Below are positions 58,150 through 64,000 of a DNA stretch of 64,000 bases, one piece after another. The position numbers and the translations under genes are program-made. The first letter of the stretch is position 1. Every line of letters begins with the position of its first letter. Below the pieces are notes generated by a model, which worked only from the letters and a program-made list of their open reading frames with translations, had not been told where the DNA came from and made no database searches. Source of the DNA: the human T2T-CHM13v2.0 reference genome, Homo sapiens; the NCBI RefSeq assembly GCF_009914755.1, contig NC_060932.1; one strand, 5' to 3'.

Positions 58150-58950
58150 TATATGAAAAGATGCTTAACATCATTAGTCATCAGAGAAATAAACATCAAA
58201 ACCACAATGAGCTACGTCTTCACACCCACGAGGATGGTTAGAATCATAAAACCAGAAAATAACAAATGTTGGTCAGGATGTGGAGAAATTGGAACCCTCA
58301 TACGTTGCTGGTGGGAATGTAAAATGGTGCAGCCACACGGAAAAACAGTCTGCCAGTGCCTCAAAAAGTTAAATATAGAGTTACCATATGACTCAGCAAT
58401 TCCACTCCTAGAGATATACCCAAAAGAACTGAAAACAGGTATTCCAGCAAAACTTTGTATGCAAATGTTCACAGCAGCATTTCTGTGACCGTCCCAAAGT
58501 GGAAACAACCCAAATGTTCCATCAAAGGATAAATGAATAAACAAGATACGGTGTCCACCTACCATGGAAAATGACTTAGCCCTAAAAAGAAAAAGTATTG
58601 ACGCATGCTACAATGCAGACGAACCTTGAAAACATTATGCTAAGTGAAAAATGCCAGACACAAATGGTCACGTATTTGTATAATCCCATTTATATGAAAT
58701 AGCCAGAATAGGTAACTCTATAGAGACAGAAAATAGATGACTGGATTTCCAGGGGCTGGGGGAAGGGAGACTGGGGATTGGCTACTTAACAGGTAGTTAA
58801 TAGGCGTGGGGTTTCCTTTTGGAGTGAGAAAAGGTTTTCGAACTAGATACAAGTGGAGTTGCACAATATTGTGAATGTACTCAATGCCACTGAACTGTAC
58901 ACTTGAAAAAGGTTTATTTTATGTTATGTAAATTTTGCCCTGATTTTAAA
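58150..58950 (+). mobile_element. L1MB-type ORF2 end and 3'UTR
   Basis: MKRCLTSLVIREINIKTTMSY...CWWECKMVQP...LPYDSAIPLLEIYPKE. Confidence 0.9.
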
Positions 58951-58954
58951 AACT

Positions 58955-59433
58955 TATTTATTTGTTTGTTTATTTGAGTCAGAGTCTTGCTTTGTGACTC
59001 AAGCTGGGGGTGCAGTGGCACAATCACAGATCATGGCAAGCTTGACCTCCCCGGCTCAAGTGATCCTCTTGCCTCAGCCCCCCAAGTAGCTATAATAGAA
59101 CCACAAGCAAGCACCACCACACCTGGCTAATTTTTAAAACATTTTTTTGTAGAGACAGGTCTCGCTATGTTGCTTAGGCTGGTCTCAAACTCCTGGGCTC
59201 AAGCAGTTCTCCTGCCTCGGCATCCCAAAGTGCTGGGATAATAGCTGTGAGCCACCATGCCCAGCCTGGTTTTTAATTTTTATTTTAAAAAATTTTTTGT
59301 GATAAAATTAAAAAAATAGAGACAGGGTCTCACTATGTTGACCAGGTTGGTCTTGAACTCTTGGCCTCAAGCAGTCTCCCACCTCGGCCTCCCAAAGTGC
59401 TAGGATTATAGGCATGAGCCACTGTGCCTGGCC
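58955..59433 (-). mobile_element. AluJ (58955-59266) plus left monomer (59270-59433)
   Basis: Antisense Alu sequence. Confidence 0.85.
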
Positions 59434-59884
59434 TCTTTGTTTTGTTTTGTTTTTTTTTTTTAAGCTAAAAACAAGACAGAAGTGGCAGAAGAGAGTAGAA
59501 ATGTTATTTTGTTATCTGCTCTTTTGAAAACTCGAGCACTTTTACTGAGTGTGCCTTGGTATAGTCCACAAGTGCCATCAGCCAACTCTGACACGTGCAG
59601 GGTTTCCTCTGCCTGGGCCCTGATGCATGGACTTCACGAGGATTCACCCACTGACTCTTGCAACACCACAAAGGCCAGGCCTAGAGGCTGTGCCATGGAC
59701 TGTGCAGGTAGAAAAGGGCAGAACTGGGACTCGAACATAGGCACCGTGCTCTGGAGCTCATGCTCCAACCCAAATGACTCTGCTTTGCCGTGGTGATATG
59801 ATAATGTTAAGAGTCTCAACCGCCACCGTTTAGTGGGTACCGACTGTGTGTCAGGTGTGTGCTAAGCAGTTCGTTTATTCACAC

Positions 59885-62412
<2,528 letters not shown>

Positions 62413-62521
62413 ATCTCTACTTTTTTTTAAAGAAATCATCTGAGATCCAAGAGTTGAAATTCCTATCTCCTCCTCCATTCCCATCTCACTTCTATTAGAG
62501 GACATCTGAGAGCATTGGTGA

Positions 62522-62893
<372 letters not shown>

Positions 62894-63419
62894 CTGTTTT
62901 ATTCATTTTTAACCACTTCAGTATTCAGCCTAGTCCCTAGCTCACTGAGGTTCTCGGCCACTGTTTATAAGGTTGAAATATGAATCAAATCCTATCCTGA
63001 GGAGTGTCTGAGGCAATCGGGGGTGTGGAGGGGAGGATCATCCTGGCCTTGGGCTATGGCAGGGACAGGCCAGGGGCCCAGACCAGGCTAAATAGGTGCA
63101 ACGGAGGGAAAATGACACAGGTCATGTTCAGAAAGTGAGAAAAAACAGAAAAGAGAAAATGGAAATGAATAAAACTGACATGCTTCAAACAGTCTGACCT
63201 CGTAAATTCGAGTCATTTTGTTTTACATTAAAAAATATCATCCACAAATAGGCAATACCCAAAAAAGAAATCTAGGGACCTTAAACATATGAAAAAACTT
63301 AATAGAAGTCAAAAATGACACTTAGAAAAAGATACAAGAGCTCAGAGTACTAAAGACAAAAAAGAATGTGTGTACCCCATTGGTGGTTCTCCTGTCCATC
63401 GTTGGCAAGATGTAGATTA

Positions 63420-63915
63420 TAGCTGGGCCCAGTGGCATGCACCTGTAGTTCCAGCTACTTAGGAGGCTGAGATGGGAGAATTGCTTGAGCCCAGGAGTTC
63501 GAGACCAGCCTGGGCAAAATAGAGAGACCCCCATCTCTTTTTTTTTTTTTTAAGTGAATAAAAAAATGTAAATTGATGCAATATTAAAATGTGCATACCC
63601 TTCAATTCGATAATCTTCCAGGAAATTCTCTTAAGGAAGTTATCAAGTCCTGGCACTGTAATCATAACACTTTGGGAGGATCACTTGAAGCCAGGACTTT
63701 AAGACCAGCCTGGGCAACATAGGATGACCCCTGTCTCTACAAAAAATAAAAATAATTAGCCATATGTGGTGGCATGCACTTGTACTTACAGCTACTCTGG
63801 AAGCTGAGGCAGAAGAATCACTTGAGCCCAAAAGTTCAAGGCTGCAGTGAGCTATGATTATTCCACTGCACTCCAGACTAGGCAACAGAGTGAGACCCTG
63901 TCTTAAAAAAAAAAA
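63420..63915 (+). mobile_element. Alu monomer (63420-63537) and AluJ (63645-63915) within an L1-like context
   Basis: Alu motifs; L1-like aatcttccaggaaattc and ttattgcagcattg flanks. Confidence 0.8.
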
Positions 63916-64000
63916 GAAAATTGTCAAACAAATGTATGCTAGTATGTACAAGATTTTATTGCAGCATTGCCTATAATAATAATAATAAATGGTAAACAAC

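Overview
Mammalian DNA carrying primate Alu elements; the gene content matches the human chr8q21 RPL7/RDH10 locus (recalled, not searched). Two complete genes sit head-to-head across one CpG island. RPL7 is on the minus strand: 7 exons, a 248-aa CDS reconstructed exon by exon, a 5'TOP start, and a last intron 1 nt after the stop codon. RDH10 is on the plus strand: 6 exons, a 341-aa short-chain dehydrogenase/reductase, a long GC-rich 5'UTR with one uORF, a ~21.7-kb intron 2, and a ~2.2-kb 3'UTR containing an antisense Alu. The sequence after ~37 kb shows no recognisable genes and is repeat-dense (Alu, L1, L2, MIR, CR1-like, several solo LTRs, microsatellites). I found no convincing new multi-gene system. 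The most unusual structure is in RDH10 intron 2 (~23.0-24.4 kb): a 96-bp, ~91%-identical inverted duplication fused to a ~90-130-bp direct duplication, with no repeat family I recognise. It looks like a template-switch rearrangement able to form a long dsRNA stem. Also notable: the RDH10 uORF, a palindromic TAATCC pair plus ZNF143/NRF1/BANP-type motifs in the shared promoter, a 29-bp VNTR, a candidate poison exon and candidate CTCF sites. Repeat subfamily names and repeat boundaries are recognised by eye and are approximate.
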